Shown here piece by piece: positions 30,618-41,996 of a stretch of DNA of 64,000 nt. Source of the stretch: Candidatus Buchananbacteria bacterium (GTDB taxonomy: Bacteria; Patescibacteriota; Patescibacteriia; 2-01-FULL-39-33; JBAYJR01); assembly GCA_041665005.1 (NCBI GenBank), contig JBAYJR010000004.1, forward strand, positions 20,669 through 84,668, read 5' to 3'. The stretch's first letter is position 1; each line of letters begins with the position of its first letter. The notes beneath the pieces are model-generated. The model did no database searches, was not told where the DNA came from, and worked only from the letters and a program-made list of their open reading frames with translations. Both the position numbers and the translations under genes were made by a program.

Positions 30618-32192
30618 CTATTTCACCATCCCCTGACTTCTCTTTAACCGATGAAAACTGATCGCAAAACGATGAGCTTCGTCGCGAAGGCGTTGCACTA
30701 ATTTTAAGGCTGGTGATTTTTTATTTAATTTAACCGGATATTGCGAACCAAAAGTATAAAGTTCTTCTTCTCGCTTAGCTAGCGCCACCACCGGCAAAGC
30801 CAAACCTAAATCACGCATGACTTGCAAGGCTGCGGATAATTGCGGCCGGCCACCATCTACCATCAGTAAATCTGGCAAAGGTTTTTTTTCGGCCAACAAC
30901 CGGCTGTAACGACGATAAATTATTTCTTTCATCATGGCAAAATCATTTTGCCCGGTCACCGTTTGAATAATAAAGTGCCGATAATTATTTTTATCCGGCC
31001 GGCCGGCCTTAAAATTAACCATCGAACCAACGGCGTTAGTTCCTTGAATTTGCGAAATATCAAAACATTCAATCACTTCTGGCAAACGCGGCAATTGCAA
31101 AGCATTTTGTAATTCTAGTAAAGCCGGCTCCCCTAATTGCGCGGAAATTAAAATATTCTTTTTTACTAATTCCAACAAGGCCAACTTATCCCCCTTTTCC
31201 GGCACAATTATTTTTACTTTTTTCTGCGCCAACTGACTTAAATACTCGGCAATCAATTCTTGTTCAATCAACATTTGTGGCACAATTACTTCACTAGGAA
31301 TTTCTTGTTGAAAATAATATTGCTTAATAAATTCACTAAATTTTTCTAAAGCCAACTCTTTGGTGGCAGTTAAACGATACTCCCGGCGGCCGGAAACTAG
31401 CCCATGAAGCACGTTAAACAATTGAATTACTAATTCCGGGCCAATGACTTGATAATTAATAACATCCTGATTGTAACCTTTAGGTAAAGAGACACGCTGT
31501 TTTTCTGCTAAATTGGTCAGCGTCAAAATTTGGTCGCGACGAATTTTAGCACTTTCATAATTTTGTTGCTGAGAAAAAATTTTCATCTCACGCCGAAGTT
31601 CTCTAATTAATTCCGGAGTTTGTCCTTTTAATAAACTTTCGGCCTTTTTAACATTAGTCTGGTAATCAACGGCACTAATCTGGCCAATACAAGGCGCCGA
31701 GCATTGCTTAATATGATAAAGTAAACAGGCAATTTTAGGTAAACGTTTACAAACACGCAACTTAAATAAGGTATTAGCCAAATAAATTGCCTGACGCCGA
31801 GTTTCACCCGAGACGAAAGGTCCAAAAACTTTTTCCGTGGTTTTAAATTCGCGCACACTAACTAGACGCGGAAATTTATCCTCAGTAATTTTAATATAGG
31901 CATAACGCTGTCCTTCTTTTAATAAAATATTATAAGGTGGCTGATGATCGCGAATTAACTTGGCTTCCATAATCAACGCTTCCACTTCGGTATTAGTCAA
32001 GAAAAAATCAAAATCCGCCACTAACCTGACCAAAGCTCGCGTTTTGGGATCGTGATCTTTTTTTTGCCAGTACGAAGACACGCGCTTGCGTAAATTCTTA
32101 GCCTTACCAACATAAACAATCTTACCTTTTTTGTTTTTAAAAAGGTAACAACCGGGGCCATTGGGAATAATTTTTAATTTATTGCTCAACAT
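30618..32192 (-). CDS. uvrC: Excinuclease ABC subunit C
   Basis: GIY-YIG (YVGKAKNLRKRV), ECFDISQ, DGGRPQL, RDEAHRFAI. Confidence 0.96.
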   Translation of the reverse strand: MLSNKLKIIPNGPGCYLFKNKKGKIVYVGKAKNLRKRVSSYWQKKDHDPKTRALVRLVADFDFFLTNTEVEALIMEAKLIRDHQPPYNILLKEGQRYAYIKITEDKFPRLVSVREFKTTEKVFGPFVSGETRRQAIYLANTLFKLRVCKRLPKIACLLYHIKQCSAPCIGQISAVDYQTNVKKAESLLKGQTPELIRELRREMKIFSQQQNYESAKIRRDQILTLTNLAEKQRVSLPKGYNQDVINYQVIGPELVIQLFNVLHGLVSGRREYRLTATKELALEKFSEFIKQYYFQQEIPSEVIVPQMLIEQELIAEYLSQLAQKKVKIIVPEKGDKLALLELVKKNILISAQLGEPALLELQNALQLPRLPEVIECFDISQIQGTNAVGSMVNFKAGRPDKNNYRHFIIQTVTGQNDFAMMKEIIYRRYSRLLAEKKPLPDLLMVDGGRPQLSAALQVMRDLGLALPVVALAKREEELYTFGSQYPVKLNKKSPALKLVQRLRDEAHRFAISFHRLKRSQGMVK

Positions 32193-32194
32193 AC

Positions 32195-35056
32195 TTACTT
32201 ACTATATTTTTTAGCGCCAATCACGGACTTTAAATATTTACCGGTCGCACTCCATTTAGCACATTTAACAATTTTTTCCGGCGTACCTTCGGCGATTACC
32301 CGCCCCCCCTTATCACCGCCACCTGGACCCAAATCAATCAGCCAATCGGCAGTTTTGATAACATCCAAATTATGTTCAATTACCAAAACAGTGTTTCCTT
32401 TTTCTACCAAGCGTTGTAATACTTCTAATAATTTAGCTACATCGGCAAAATGTAACCCCGTAGTAGGTTCATCTAAAATATACAAAGTGTTGCCCGTAGC
32501 GCGACGAGATAATTCGGTCGCCAATTTAATTCTTTGGGCTTCACCGCCAGACAAAGTAGTTGCCGCTTGACCCAGCTCAATATAACCTAAACCGACTTCC
32601 AACAACAAATTGAGTTTATTGGCCAAGCTAGGAATATTAACAAAAAATCGAGCCGCCTCTTCAACATTCATCCGCAAGACTTCCGCAATATTTTTTCCTT
32701 TGTAGGTAACGGCTAAAGTTTCTTGATTATATCTTTTGCCTTTACATTTTTCGCATTCCACATAAACATCCGGCAAAAAATGCATCTCAATTTTAATCAA
32801 ACCATCCCCTTGGCAATGTTCACACCGACCACCCGCCACATTAAAGCTAAAACGGCCTACTTTATAACCCCTAATTTTTGCCTCTTTAGTGCTGGCAAAC
32901 AAATCTCTGACTTCGGTAAAAAAACCAACATAAGTCGCGGGATTAGACCGCGGGGTGCGACCAATCGGCGACTGATCAATAATTACCACTTTATCCAAAT
33001 TGCCAAATCCTTTAATTAATTTGTGGGCGCCCGGTTTTTCAGTTGCGGCATTTAACTTTTGCGCCAAAGCTTTATACAAAACATCATCTACTAGCGTGCT
33101 TTTGCCACTACCAGACACCCCCGTAATACAAGTAAAAGTGCGCAAAGGAATCCGCACGTCAATTTCTTTCAAATTATTCTGCTTGGCACCCATAATTTCT
33201 AACCAATCAAAAGCCTTACGTCTGACTTCTGGTACCGCAATTTTTTGTTTACCACTTAAATACTGACCGGTAATCGAAAGTTTATTCTTCATCAATTGCT
33301 GGGCCGTGCCTTGAGCCACCACTTGCCCGCCGTGTACTCCCGCTCCCGGACCCAAATCCACTACATAATCAGCCGCCATAATAGTTTCCGCATCATGTTC
33401 TACCACAATTACCGTATTGCCCAAATCACGTAAACGTTTTAAAGCCTCAATTAGTTTTTCATTGTCTCGTTGGTGCAAGCCAATTGATGGCTCGTCCAAA
33501 ATATACATCACTCCCCGCAGTTCTGAGCCAATTTGAGTTGCTAAACGAATACGCTGTGCTTCCCCACCGGACAAAGTTCCGGCTTGACGACTTAAAGTTA
33601 AATAATCTAAACCGACATTCAACAAAAACTGTAACCGTGACAGTAATTCTTTCAACACCAACTTGGCAATTAATTTTTCCTTGGCTGTTAATTCTAAATT
33701 GGCAAAAAACTTTAATAATTGATCAATTGATAAATTAGTTATTTCATAAATACTCTGTTCACCAATAGTCACCGCCAAAGCCTCCGGTTTTAATCTTTTT
33801 CCCTGACAAGCTGGGCAAGGATTATTGGACATATATTTATGCATGTCTTCTTTGCGCCATTCCGATTCAGTTTGATGATATAAACGTTTTAAGGTTAATA
33901 AAACACCTTCAAATTTACCCTGAAAAGAATAACTACTATGATCACCTTCCATTTTAACTGGAATAGCGTCAGTTGAACCATAAAGTACCGCCTGCACAAA
34001 AGTTTTAGGCAAATCTTTAAAAGCCAACCAAGGATCAACTTTATAATGTTTAGCCAAGCTTTGTAAATACTGACCGCGCCAACCATCAACCTGGTTACGC
34101 CAAGGAGCAATCGCCCCTTCCATTAAAGATTTATTTTTATCCGGAACAACCAAATCAACATCAAATTCCATTAAAGCCCCTAAACCATGACAGGTAGGGC
34201 AAGCGCCAAATGGCGAATTAAAACTAAACAACCGTGGTTGGATTTCGGCAATTGAGATATTACAATGGGTGCAGGCATTATGCTGAGAAAAAGTTTTAAC
34301 CTTACTTTTTTTACCAGTCCCAAATTTAACCATCAACAAGCCTTCGGCTAACTGCGCCGCTTGTTCAACCGAACCAGTTAGCCGAGCCATAAAATCTTCA
34401 CTTTTGGCTTTAATGCTCAAGCGATCAACAATTACTAAAATATCGTGGTTATATTTTTTATCTAACTTAATTTTTTCCCAATCCGTTAACTCATATTCCC
34501 GACCATCAACCTCAACCGCCACAAAACCTTGCTCTAGCCAAGTTTGAAATTGTTGTTCATAACTCCCCTTGCGACCACGCACCACCGGCGCTAAAATAAT
34601 TATTTTAGTACCGATTGGTTCAGTTAATAAATTTTCCACAATACTTTCCAAGCTTTGTTGCTTAATTACCCGGCCACAATTGGGACAGTGTGGTATACCA
34701 ATCCGCGCGTAAAGCAAACGTAAATAATCATAAACTTCCGTCACAGTACCAACCGTAGAACGGGGATTTTTGGAAACAGTTTTTTGTTCAATAGAAATTG
34801 CCGGCGATAAGCCATGAATGCTGTCTAAATCCGGTTTATGCATTAACCCCAAAAATTGTCTAGCATAAGCCGACAAACTCTCAACGTATCGTCGTTGACC
34901 TTCAGCATAAATAGTATCAAAGGCCAAGGTTGATTTACCCGAACCAGACAAACCGGTAAATACCACCAATTTATCCAACGGTAAATCTATATCAATATTT
35001 TTTAAATTGTGCTCGCGGGCTCCTCTAATGCTCAAATATTCCTTTTTTTCTGTCAT
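32195..35056 (-). CDS. uvrA: Excinuclease ABC subunit A
   Basis: GAREHNLKN, two GxSGSGKS loops, two LSGGEAQR signatures. Confidence 0.98.
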   Translation of the reverse strand: MTEKKEYLSIRGAREHNLKNIDIDLPLDKLVVFTGLSGSGKSTLAFDTIYAEGQRRYVESLSAYARQFLGLMHKPDLDSIHGLSPAISIEQKTVSKNPRSTVGTVTEVYDYLRLLYARIGIPHCPNCGRVIKQQSLESIVENLLTEPIGTKIIILAPVVRGRKGSYEQQFQTWLEQGFVAVEVDGREYELTDWEKIKLDKKYNHDILVIVDRLSIKAKSEDFMARLTGSVEQAAQLAEGLLMVKFGTGKKSKVKTFSQHNACTHCNISIAEIQPRLFSFNSPFGACPTCHGLGALMEFDVDLVVPDKNKSLMEGAIAPWRNQVDGWRGQYLQSLAKHYKVDPWLAFKDLPKTFVQAVLYGSTDAIPVKMEGDHSSYSFQGKFEGVLLTLKRLYHQTESEWRKEDMHKYMSNNPCPACQGKRLKPEALAVTIGEQSIYEITNLSIDQLLKFFANLELTAKEKLIAKLVLKELLSRLQFLLNVGLDYLTLSRQAGTLSGGEAQRIRLATQIGSELRGVMYILDEPSIGLHQRDNEKLIEALKRLRDLGNTVIVVEHDAETIMAADYVVDLGPGAGVHGGQVVAQGTAQQLMKNKLSITGQYLSGKQKIAVPEVRRKAFDWLEIMGAKQNNLKEIDVRIPLRTFTCITGVSGSGKSTLVDDVLYKALAQKLNAATEKPGAHKLIKGFGNLDKVVIIDQSPIGRTPRSNPATYVGFFTEVRDLFASTKEAKIRGYKVGRFSFNVAGGRCEHCQGDGLIKIEMHFLPDVYVECEKCKGKRYNQETLAVTYKGKNIAEVLRMNVEEAARFFVNIPSLANKLNLLLEVGLGYIELGQAATTLSGGEAQRIKLATELSRRATGNTLYILDEPTTGLHFADVAKLLEVLQRLVEKGNTVLVIEHNLDVIKTADWLIDLGPGGGDKGGRVIAEGTPEKIVKCAKWSATGKYLKSVIGAKKYSK

Positions 35057-35067
35057 ATAATATATAA

Positions 35068-37026
35068 TTAATGATCAAATTTTTCTTTAAACTTAGCGAT
35101 TTTTTCTCTTAACTCAATCGCTTTTTCAAAATCCAAATTTTCGGCCGCCACCAACATTTGGCCCTCTAAATCAACTAGCACTTTTTCTAATTCCAGTTCT
35201 TTTCCTTTAAATTCTGGCAAGACCGCTGCTTCTTCCGCTTTAATCGCCTTAATAATACTTTGCGGGGTAATTTTATGTTTTGAATTATAAGCAAGTTGTC
35301 GCTCTCGACGCCGATCAGTTTCCCAAATTGCCTCTTTAATACTTTCAGTTTTTTTGTCGGCATACATAATTACTCTAGAATCAATATTACGCGCCGCCCG
35401 GCCAATCGTTTGAATCAAGCTACGGGCATTGCGCAAAAAACCTTCTTTATCCGCATCTAAAATGGCCACTAAAGCTACTTCCGGCAGATCTAAACCTTCT
35501 CGCAATAAATTAATACCCACCAAAATATCAAATTTGCCTAAGCGTAAATTTTTAATAATTTTACTCCGCTCTAAAGTTTCTATTTCGCTATGCAAATATT
35601 CCGCCCGATGACCATGTTGACGTAAATAGCTTTGTAGTTCTTCGGCCATTTTTTTAGTTAAGGTGGTAATTAACACCCGATAACCTTTAGCCACTGTTTG
35701 CTTAATCTCTTTGGCTAAATCCTCAACTTGCCCGGCGGTTGGTCGAATAATTATTGGTGGCTCAACAATGCCGGTCGGCCGAACAATTTGTTCAACCACC
35801 TGCTGGGAATTTTGCAATTCATAATCTCCGGGTGTGGCTGAAACATAAATTACCTGCTTTAAATATTTTTCGAATTCAGCAAACTTTAGTGGACGATTAT
35901 CATAAGCGCTAGGCAACCGCCAACCGTAATCAATTAGATTTTTTTTACGTGAATGGTCGCCTTCATACATACCCCGCACCTGTGGCGTAGAAGCATGACT
36001 TTCATCAATAAACAAAGTCCAACCAGTTGGTCCAGCAGCATAATTAAAAAAATCTAACAAGGTATAGGGTGGGGTGCCGGGCTTACGACCATCAAAGTGA
36101 CGCGAATAGTTTTCAATCCCCTTGCAGTAGCCCAACTGCTCAATCATTTCTAAATCATATTTAACCCGTTGACTTAAACGATAGGCCTCTAGCGTGCCTA
36201 ATTCTGGTAAACGTTGTGCTAACTCGGCCCGAATACTTTTTAAAGCATTAAAAATTTTGTCTGGCGGCACCACGAATGGTTTGGCTGGAAAAATTCTAAC
36301 CTCGGTTAAACTATTAGTCTTTTTTCCGGTTAATTTATGAACATCGCTGATCGCCACCAAATGCTCATCTGCAAACTGTAAACGCACCATATTACTGTTG
36401 GCCGAACCTTGAATTAAATCAACCACGCCGCCCCGCACCCGAAAACGTCCTGGCCGTAATTCTAAATCATTACGCTGATACTGAATATCAATTAATCGAC
36501 TAATAACTTCGCGCTGAGTAATTTTGGTGCGGTTATTTTTAGCTAAAGACAAAGCAAAAGATTCTTGTTTAAAATCTTCCGGTTGGCCAAAACCATAAAT
36601 GCAAGAAACTGAGGCAATTACAATTACATCTTTTCTGGACATTAAAGCAGCGGCAGTTTCTAAACGCAACCGTTCAATTTCTTCATTAATCATGGCATCC
36701 TTTTCAATAAAAGTATCAGTTTGCGGCAAATAACTTTCGGGCTGATAATAATCATAATAAGAAATGAAAAAACAAACTTGGTTTTCGGGAAAAAAACTTT
36801 TGAACTCATTATACAATTGCGCGGCTAAAGTTTTATTATGCGACAAAATTAAGGTTGGCTGGCCAATTTTTTCAATTACTTTAGCCATAGTAAAAGTCTT
36901 GCCTGAGCCGGTTACGCCCAACAAAGTTTGTTGTGAATATTTTTGATAGCCCGTAATCAATTTTTTGATGGCTTGCGGTTGATCACCGCGCGGCTGATAA
37001 TTTGCCACTAACTTAAACTTGTCCAT
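35068..37026 (-). CDS. uvrB: Excinuclease ABC subunit B
   Basis: [33 protein letters not shown]. Confidence 0.98.
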   Translation of the reverse strand: MDKFKLVANYQPRGDQPQAIKKLITGYQKYSQQTLLGVTGSGKTFTMAKVIEKIGQPTLILSHNKTLAAQLYNEFKSFFPENQVCFFISYYDYYQPESYLPQTDTFIEKDAMINEEIERLRLETAAALMSRKDVIVIASVSCIYGFGQPEDFKQESFALSLAKNNRTKITQREVISRLIDIQYQRNDLELRPGRFRVRGGVVDLIQGSANSNMVRLQFADEHLVAISDVHKLTGKKTNSLTEVRIFPAKPFVVPPDKIFNALKSIRAELAQRLPELGTLEAYRLSQRVKYDLEMIEQLGYCKGIENYSRHFDGRKPGTPPYTLLDFFNYAAGPTGWTLFIDESHASTPQVRGMYEGDHSRKKNLIDYGWRLPSAYDNRPLKFAEFEKYLKQVIYVSATPGDYELQNSQQVVEQIVRPTGIVEPPIIIRPTAGQVEDLAKEIKQTVAKGYRVLITTLTKKMAEELQSYLRQHGHRAEYLHSEIETLERSKIIKNLRLGKFDILVGINLLREGLDLPEVALVAILDADKEGFLRNARSLIQTIGRAARNIDSRVIMYADKKTESIKEAIWETDRRRERQLAYNSKHKITPQSIIKAIKAEEAAVLPEFKGKELELEKVLVDLEGQMLVAAENLDFEKAIELREKIAKFKEKFDH

Positions 37027-37239
37027 ATATACTGCAGACTTTGTTATTGAGTGTTTATTAATAGCACAAAATGACCCCGCTAAGCACTTTTTGGCCTATT
37101 TGGGGCTTATAATTAAACTTTGTCTATTATATCGCAAAAACTAGTCATTGACAACTCTTGACAACTTAACAAAATAGTGATAAAAATCTTTCACAGCTGG
37201 CACCTTACAACGCAACAAAAATTTAAGAAGGAGGAAACC

Positions 37240-38286
37240 ATGGCTACCAGAAAAGCAATCTGCAAATACTGCCAACATCCAAATTATTTTGACATCGGAA
37301 ACTTTGATACAAGTAGTCGGCCGGGCGGTTTTGAAAATAAACTCCACCGGCATTGTGCAGTCTGTAAAGCCGAATATCATTTATTAAGCAACAGTCAAAA
37401 TCCGTATTGGCACCAAACTTGTGCCACTGTTAAATATTTAAGGGAGCGTCAACGACAGACAGCAATTTTAATTGCCAGACTCTCCCCTGCTTTACAGAAA
37501 GAACTGCAACAATTAAAGCAAGAACTAAAAAAACTTAGTAAAGAAAAAATAGCTAGTTTTAATTTACCACTTGTAGAACTGGCTAAATTGAATGAAAGAA
37601 TAAGGGAACTGAAATCGCAAATAACAACAATTATTGACTCGGCCAAAGTAATCAAGGTTAATGCCAACCAAATTACGCCTACCCCCGAAAAAATTAAGGC
37701 CAAAAAATTAATAATAGTTTGCGACGTGGACGGGGTGATGCGGGATATTATTAATCCCCTTGTTGACTACTGCAACTCAAGATGGCATCTAAACTATGAT
37801 CGCAAAAACTTTGTGGGCTATGATAGTATTTTTGATCATCCCAAAATGCCCGTTGATGCCAAAAAAACTATTTTTTCGGATATCAACTTTTGGCAGGGCC
37901 GAACACCTTATCTGGGTGTGGAAGTTTATCTGCCAAAGATTATTGCCAATGGCATAATCACTTACGCCTGCACTCATCAAGACCAGGCCGTTGAACATTT
38001 AGTACCAAAATGGTTTAAGCAATTTAATCTGCCAATTACCGAAGATAAAATTATCTTCGCTAAACCGGAAGAAAAAATTGCGGTTTGCCAAAGACTAAAT
38101 ACTGATTGGCTGGTTGAAGATAATCCTCAAACTGTTTTACAGGCTGCTCAGGCCGGCCTAAAAGTAATAGCGGTTATCAGGCCCTATAACCGCGAAATCT
38201 TAAAATTTAAAAGTGAGTTTATCTTTCCCGTTAAAAACTGGAAAGAAATCTATAACCTCATTGAACAAAAACGACCAACTGTTTAA
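37240..38286 (+). CDS. HAD-family 5'(3')-deoxyribonucleotidase-like protein with N-terminal Zn ribbon and coiled coil
   Basis: AAGGAGG SD before ATG 37240; CKYC and CAVC; DVDGV and VEDNP HAD motifs. Confidence 0.75.
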   Translation: MATRKAICKYCQHPNYFDIGNFDTSSRPGGFENKLHRHCAVCKAEYHLLSNSQNPYWHQTCATVKYLRERQRQTAILIARLSPALQKELQQLKQELKKLSKEKIASFNLPLVELAKLNERIRELKSQITTIIDSAKVIKVNANQITPTPEKIKAKKLIIVCDVDGVMRDIINPLVDYCNSRWHLNYDRKNFVGYDSIFDHPKMPVDAKKTIFSDINFWQGRTPYLGVEVYLPKIIANGIITYACTHQDQAVEHLVPKWFKQFNLPITEDKIIFAKPEEKIAVCQRLNTDWLVEDNPQTVLQAAQAGLKVIAVIRPYNREILKFKSEFIFPVKNWKEIYNLIEQKRPTV

Positions 38287-38296
38287 ACAGTTGGTC
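38273..38296. terminator. Palindromic hairpin between convergent genes
   Basis: Perfect palindrome gaccaactgtttaaacagttggtc. Confidence 0.6.
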
Positions 38297-38297
38297 T

Positions 38298-38645
38298 TTA
38301 ATTTGCTCTAATTATTTCGCAATTAGCAGTTACTTCCACCAAATGCTCGGCGGTAGACCCGTAAGCTGAGCACTGATTTGCTAACTTTTCATCAACCGCC
38401 TGTCGCGGATCGTGAGCGATGTCACACACCCAACCAGGCTTGATACTATTAGCCAAACAGGGTCCTTGGCTTAAATCAATTTCTTGTTCTAACTTTTTTT
38501 GACACAACTTAACGCACAAATTTTTAGCTTGACTTTTGACTAAAAAAATTTGGTTGGCGGTTTGTAGAATATCAGTTCTAAAATAGATAAACAATAAAAC
38601 AAAAACAACCACCAATAAGCCGGCGATTGTGAATTTATTAAACAT
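38298..38645 (-). CDS. Membrane-anchored Cys-rich hypothetical protein
   Basis: N-terminal TM, six Cys, DLSQGPCL/WVCDIAHDPR. Confidence 0.75.
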   Translation of the reverse strand: MFNKFTIAGLLVVVFVLLFIYFRTDILQTANQIFLVKSQAKNLCVKLCQKKLEQEIDLSQGPCLANSIKPGWVCDIAHDPRQAVDEKLANQCSAYGSTAEHLVEVTANCEIIRAN

Positions 38646-38656
38646 AACTTTAACAA

Positions 38657-39643
38657 TTATTTTTTACGCCGAATAACTTTTTTGGCTTGCGCAATTATTT
38701 GTCTGGTATTAATCTGATACTTATCCAATAACTCTTGAGCCTCTCCTGATTCACCAAATTTATCTAGCATCGCCACCGCTTCTATCGGCACCGGAAACTT
38801 TTGCGCCAACAATTCTGCGACCGCGCCAAATAAACCACCATTGATTTGATGTTCTTCAACTACGACCACGGCTCCAGTTTTCTGAGCCGCCTTAATGATG
38901 GCCAGTTGGTCTAAAGGTTTAATAGTGTGATTATTAACCACCAAACTGTTTATTTTTTTCTGAGCCAAAGCCTGCGCGGCCAATAAGGCTGAATAAACTA
39001 CTGGTCCACCAGCAATAATGGTAACTTGCGGGTTTTGACCAGTCCAAAAAATTTCCGCCCGGCCAACCTTAAAAGGTGTTTTAGTAGTAGTAAAAACCGG
39101 CGTAGCCTGGCGCGTTAAACGGAGATAAACCGGCCCCTTAATTTTAGCCGTCGCTAATACTGCCTGTTTTGTTTCTTCGTAATCGCTCGGAGCAATAACC
39201 GTTAAATTAGGCAACACCCGCATTAAAGCTAAATCTTCCAACGCTTGATGAGTGGCGCCATCCGGACCAACCGAAAGACCACTATGGCCACCAATAATTT
39301 TAACATTAGCCTTGTTGTAAGCGATACCAACCCGAATTTGTTCCCAATTACGGCCCGGAGAAAAAACCGCATACGAAGAAATAAAAGGTATCTTGCCCGC
39401 TAACGCCAAACCCGCAGCCAGACCGGCCAAATTTTGTTCGGCTACCCCCACTTCAAAAAAACGTTCAGGAAATTTCTGAGCAAAAGCTTCACAACGAGTT
39501 GATTCAGTTACATCCGCGCACAACACTACTACTTGCTTATTTTTTTGACCTAATTCCACCAAAGCTTCACCAAACCCATCGCGCGTGGCTTTAGTAATAA
39601 TTGACTTAGTAAAAATATTTTTAGCTAAACTTTTTTCTAACAT
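38657..39643 (-). CDS. Transketolase, C-terminal subunit
   Basis: TRDGFG, GVAEQN, GPDGATHQ, GPVYLR, EEH. Confidence 0.93.
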   Translation of the reverse strand: MLEKSLAKNIFTKSIITKATRDGFGEALVELGQKNKQVVVLCADVTESTRCEAFAQKFPERFFEVGVAEQNLAGLAAGLALAGKIPFISSYAVFSPGRNWEQIRVGIAYNKANVKIIGGHSGLSVGPDGATHQALEDLALMRVLPNLTVIAPSDYEETKQAVLATAKIKGPVYLRLTRQATPVFTTTKTPFKVGRAEIFWTGQNPQVTIIAGGPVVYSALLAAQALAQKKINSLVVNNHTIKPLDQLAIIKAAQKTGAVVVVEEHQINGGLFGAVAELLAQKFPVPIEAVAMLDKFGESGEAQELLDKYQINTRQIIAQAKKVIRRKK

Positions 39644-39644
39644 A

Positions 39645-40502
39645 TTATAAAAATTTACCGGCTAATTGTTTACCCAATATTTGCAACTCAGCTAAAGCTT
39701 TCTTGGCCTCAACTTCGTTTGGCGCTTTACCGTGCCATTGATAATTATTTTCCATAAAACTAACCCCTTTACCCGGAATAGTTTTGGCCAAAATTACCGT
39801 TGGCTGTTTAAGATTAACTTTGGCTTGCTGACCAGCCTCAATAATTTTTCCTAAATTGTTGCCGTCAATTTCTATTACCTGCCAACCAAAAGCTCGCCAT
39901 TTATCCGCTAACGGCTCTAAGGGCATTACCTGTTCAGTTGGGCCGCCAATTTGAATATTATTACGATCAACAATAGCTGTTAGATGCGTTAATTTATGTT
40001 TGGCGGCAAACATTATCGCTTCCCAACTTTGGCCCTCATCTAACTCACCGTCGCTCATTAAACAATAAACCCAATAATCTTGTTTATCCAGCTGTCGCGC
40101 TAACGCTAGACCAATCGCCTGCGACAAGCCCTGACCCAAAGGACCACCAGAAGTTTCAATACCCGGCAAGCCGTGATTAAAAGTAGAATGTCCTTGCAGT
40201 CGCGAGCCTAATTTTCTTAAGGTGACTAATTCTTTCTTAGAAAAAAAACCACGTTCAGCTAAGGTGGCGTAAAGTACTGGGCAAATATGAGCATTAGATA
40301 AAACCAAGCGATCACGTTCCGACCAATGTGGCTTTTTCGGATCAACTTTTAAAAGATTAAAATACAAAGCCGTAAAAACATCAGCCATCCCCAAAGACCC
40401 AGCGCTATGACCAGACTTGGCGGCTAACAACATTTTGATGACTTCTTGTCTAATATTATTAGCCGTTACGGCTAAGTTTTGATAATTAATTTGCTCTGAC
40501 AT
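39645..40502 (-). CDS. Transketolase, N-terminal subunit
   Basis: SGHSAGSL, DRLVLS, LGQGLS, SDGELDEGQSWEA TPP motif, WHGKAP. Confidence 0.93.
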   Translation of the reverse strand: MSEQINYQNLAVTANNIRQEVIKMLLAAKSGHSAGSLGMADVFTALYFNLLKVDPKKPHWSERDRLVLSNAHICPVLYATLAERGFFSKKELVTLRKLGSRLQGHSTFNHGLPGIETSGGPLGQGLSQAIGLALARQLDKQDYWVYCLMSDGELDEGQSWEAIMFAAKHKLTHLTAIVDRNNIQIGGPTEQVMPLEPLADKWRAFGWQVIEIDGNNLGKIIEAGQQAKVNLKQPTVILAKTIPGKGVSFMENNYQWHGKAPNEVEAKKALAELQILGKQLAGKFL

Positions 40503-40552
40503 TTGACAATTTAATAAATTAAGAGTTAACTTAGTTAAAAGGAGGGTATTAT

Positions 40553-40909
40553 ATGAAACGAGTTTTAGTAATTGCCAATGACTTAGATGTTTTGGCTACT
40601 TTAAACCTATTACTAGAAAGTAATAAGTATAAGACGGTGTGTACTCAAGACCCGGATCAAGGTTTATCTTTGTTGAAATACTGCCAAGACATATCCAGGA
40701 CTAAATTTGATGCAATAGTAGTTAATACTGAGAATAACTATGACGACTATCTAGAGAAATTTCTGGTTTCAGCTGATTCGGCCAAAGTAATTGCCCTGGA
40801 CTGCGATTACATCAAAAAAAGACCGAAGGAATTAATTATTATTAATTCCATATTAAATTATACCGAAGAACTACTAAACCAATTGCAACAACTCACCCCT
40901 TCTCAATAA
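40553..40909 (+). CDS. Degenerate receiver (REC)-like protein
   Basis: MKRVLVIAND...FDAIVVN pattern; AGGAGG SD; TTGACA at 40503; hairpin tcacccc/ggggtga at 3' end. Confidence 0.6.
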   Translation: MKRVLVIANDLDVLATLNLLLESNKYKTVCTQDPDQGLSLLKYCQDISRTKFDAIVVNTENNYDDYLEKFLVSADSAKVIALDCDYIKKRPKELIIINSILNYTEELLNQLQQLTPSQ

Positions 40910-40919
40910 AGGGGTGATT

Positions 40920-41555
40920 TTATTTTGCCAGCTGTAATGAACTTAACCTTGATTGATTGTCCAAATAATTACCAATCGCTAAAATATCCACCCCGGCTTT
41001 TACTATTTTTGAAGTAATTTCAAGCTTAACTCCCCCATCAACTTCTATTATAGCACGAGGAAATAACTGACGTAACTGCATAATCCGAGCTAATTGTTTA
41101 GGATCAAATTTTTGCCCACCGCGGCCCGGCGCTACCGACATTACCAAAATTAAGGGTTTAGTTTGTTGTTTTAAATAAGGAATGATCTTGATTAAATTAG
41201 TCTGCGGATTAATTGCCAAACAAAACTCTCGCTTATTTTTTTGCAACAATTCTTGTAAAGCTAAAAATTTTGCCTGATTTAAAGTTTCAACGTGAATAAT
41301 AAATTTTAAAACCTGTTTAACTGCTAGCCATTGTTGCACATAAACCATCGGATTTTTTACCATTAAGTGCACCTCCCATTTAAACCCGGCAATGTTTTTG
41401 ACCGCCTGGGGTTTAAGCCAAGTAACCGGCTTAGTAAACTTACCGTCAACAATATCTAATTGTGCTGTAGCTAGCCTTAATTTTTTTAAAACCACTAACC
41501 GATCTAAAAAATCTTTTTGGCTCCTGGCTAAAATTGTTGGCACAATTTTTACCAT
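40920..41555 (-). CDS. rpe: Ribulose-phosphate 3-epimerase
   Basis: QLDIVDGKF, EVHLMV, MSVAPGRGGQ, EVDGG. Confidence 0.9.
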   Translation of the reverse strand: MVKIVPTILARSQKDFLDRLVVLKKLRLATAQLDIVDGKFTKPVTWLKPQAVKNIAGFKWEVHLMVKNPMVYVQQWLAVKQVLKFIIHVETLNQAKFLALQELLQKNKREFCLAINPQTNLIKIIPYLKQQTKPLILVMSVAPGRGGQKFDPKQLARIMQLRQLFPRAIIEVDGGVKLEITSKIVKAGVDILAIGNYLDNQSRLSSLQLAK

Positions 41556-41557
41556 AT

Positions 41558-41995
41558 TTATTTTTCTAAGTCAGCAATTTGCGCTAAACGACGACGATGC
41601 CTAGCCTCACCAGAAAATTTAGTTTGTAACCACTGTAAAACTAATTTAATGGCTAATTGTTGATCAAATTGACGCGCCCGTAAACTGGCAATATTAGCAT
41701 TGTTATGTAAACGCGACATTTTGGCGGTATAAGCATCATAAATTGGCGTCGCCCGTGCTCCTTTAACTTTATTAGCCGCAATCTCCATACCTTCGCCACT
41801 GCCACAAATTAAAACACCGCGATTATTTTTATTTTTAACTACCGATTTAGCCACCGCCGCGGCCACTAAGGGATAATCTACGGATTGAGTAGTATTAGTA
41901 CCTAAATCAACAAATTTAAGTTTTTTTTGCTCCAAAACTTTTTTTAATTTGGCTTTCAATTGGTAACCGGCATGATCCGCACCTAAATAAATCAT
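41558..41995 (-). CDS. rpiB: Ribose-5-phosphate isomerase B
   Basis: GADHAG, VDYP, ICGSGEG, AANKV, HNNAN, RHxRR. Confidence 0.95.
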   Translation of the reverse strand: MIYLGADHAGYQLKAKLKKVLEQKKLKFVDLGTNTTQSVDYPLVAAAVAKSVVKNKNNRGVLICGSGEGMEIAANKVKGARATPIYDAYTAKMSRLHNNANIASLRARQFDQQLAIKLVLQWLQTKFSGEARHRRRLAQIADLEK

Positions 41996-41996
41996 A

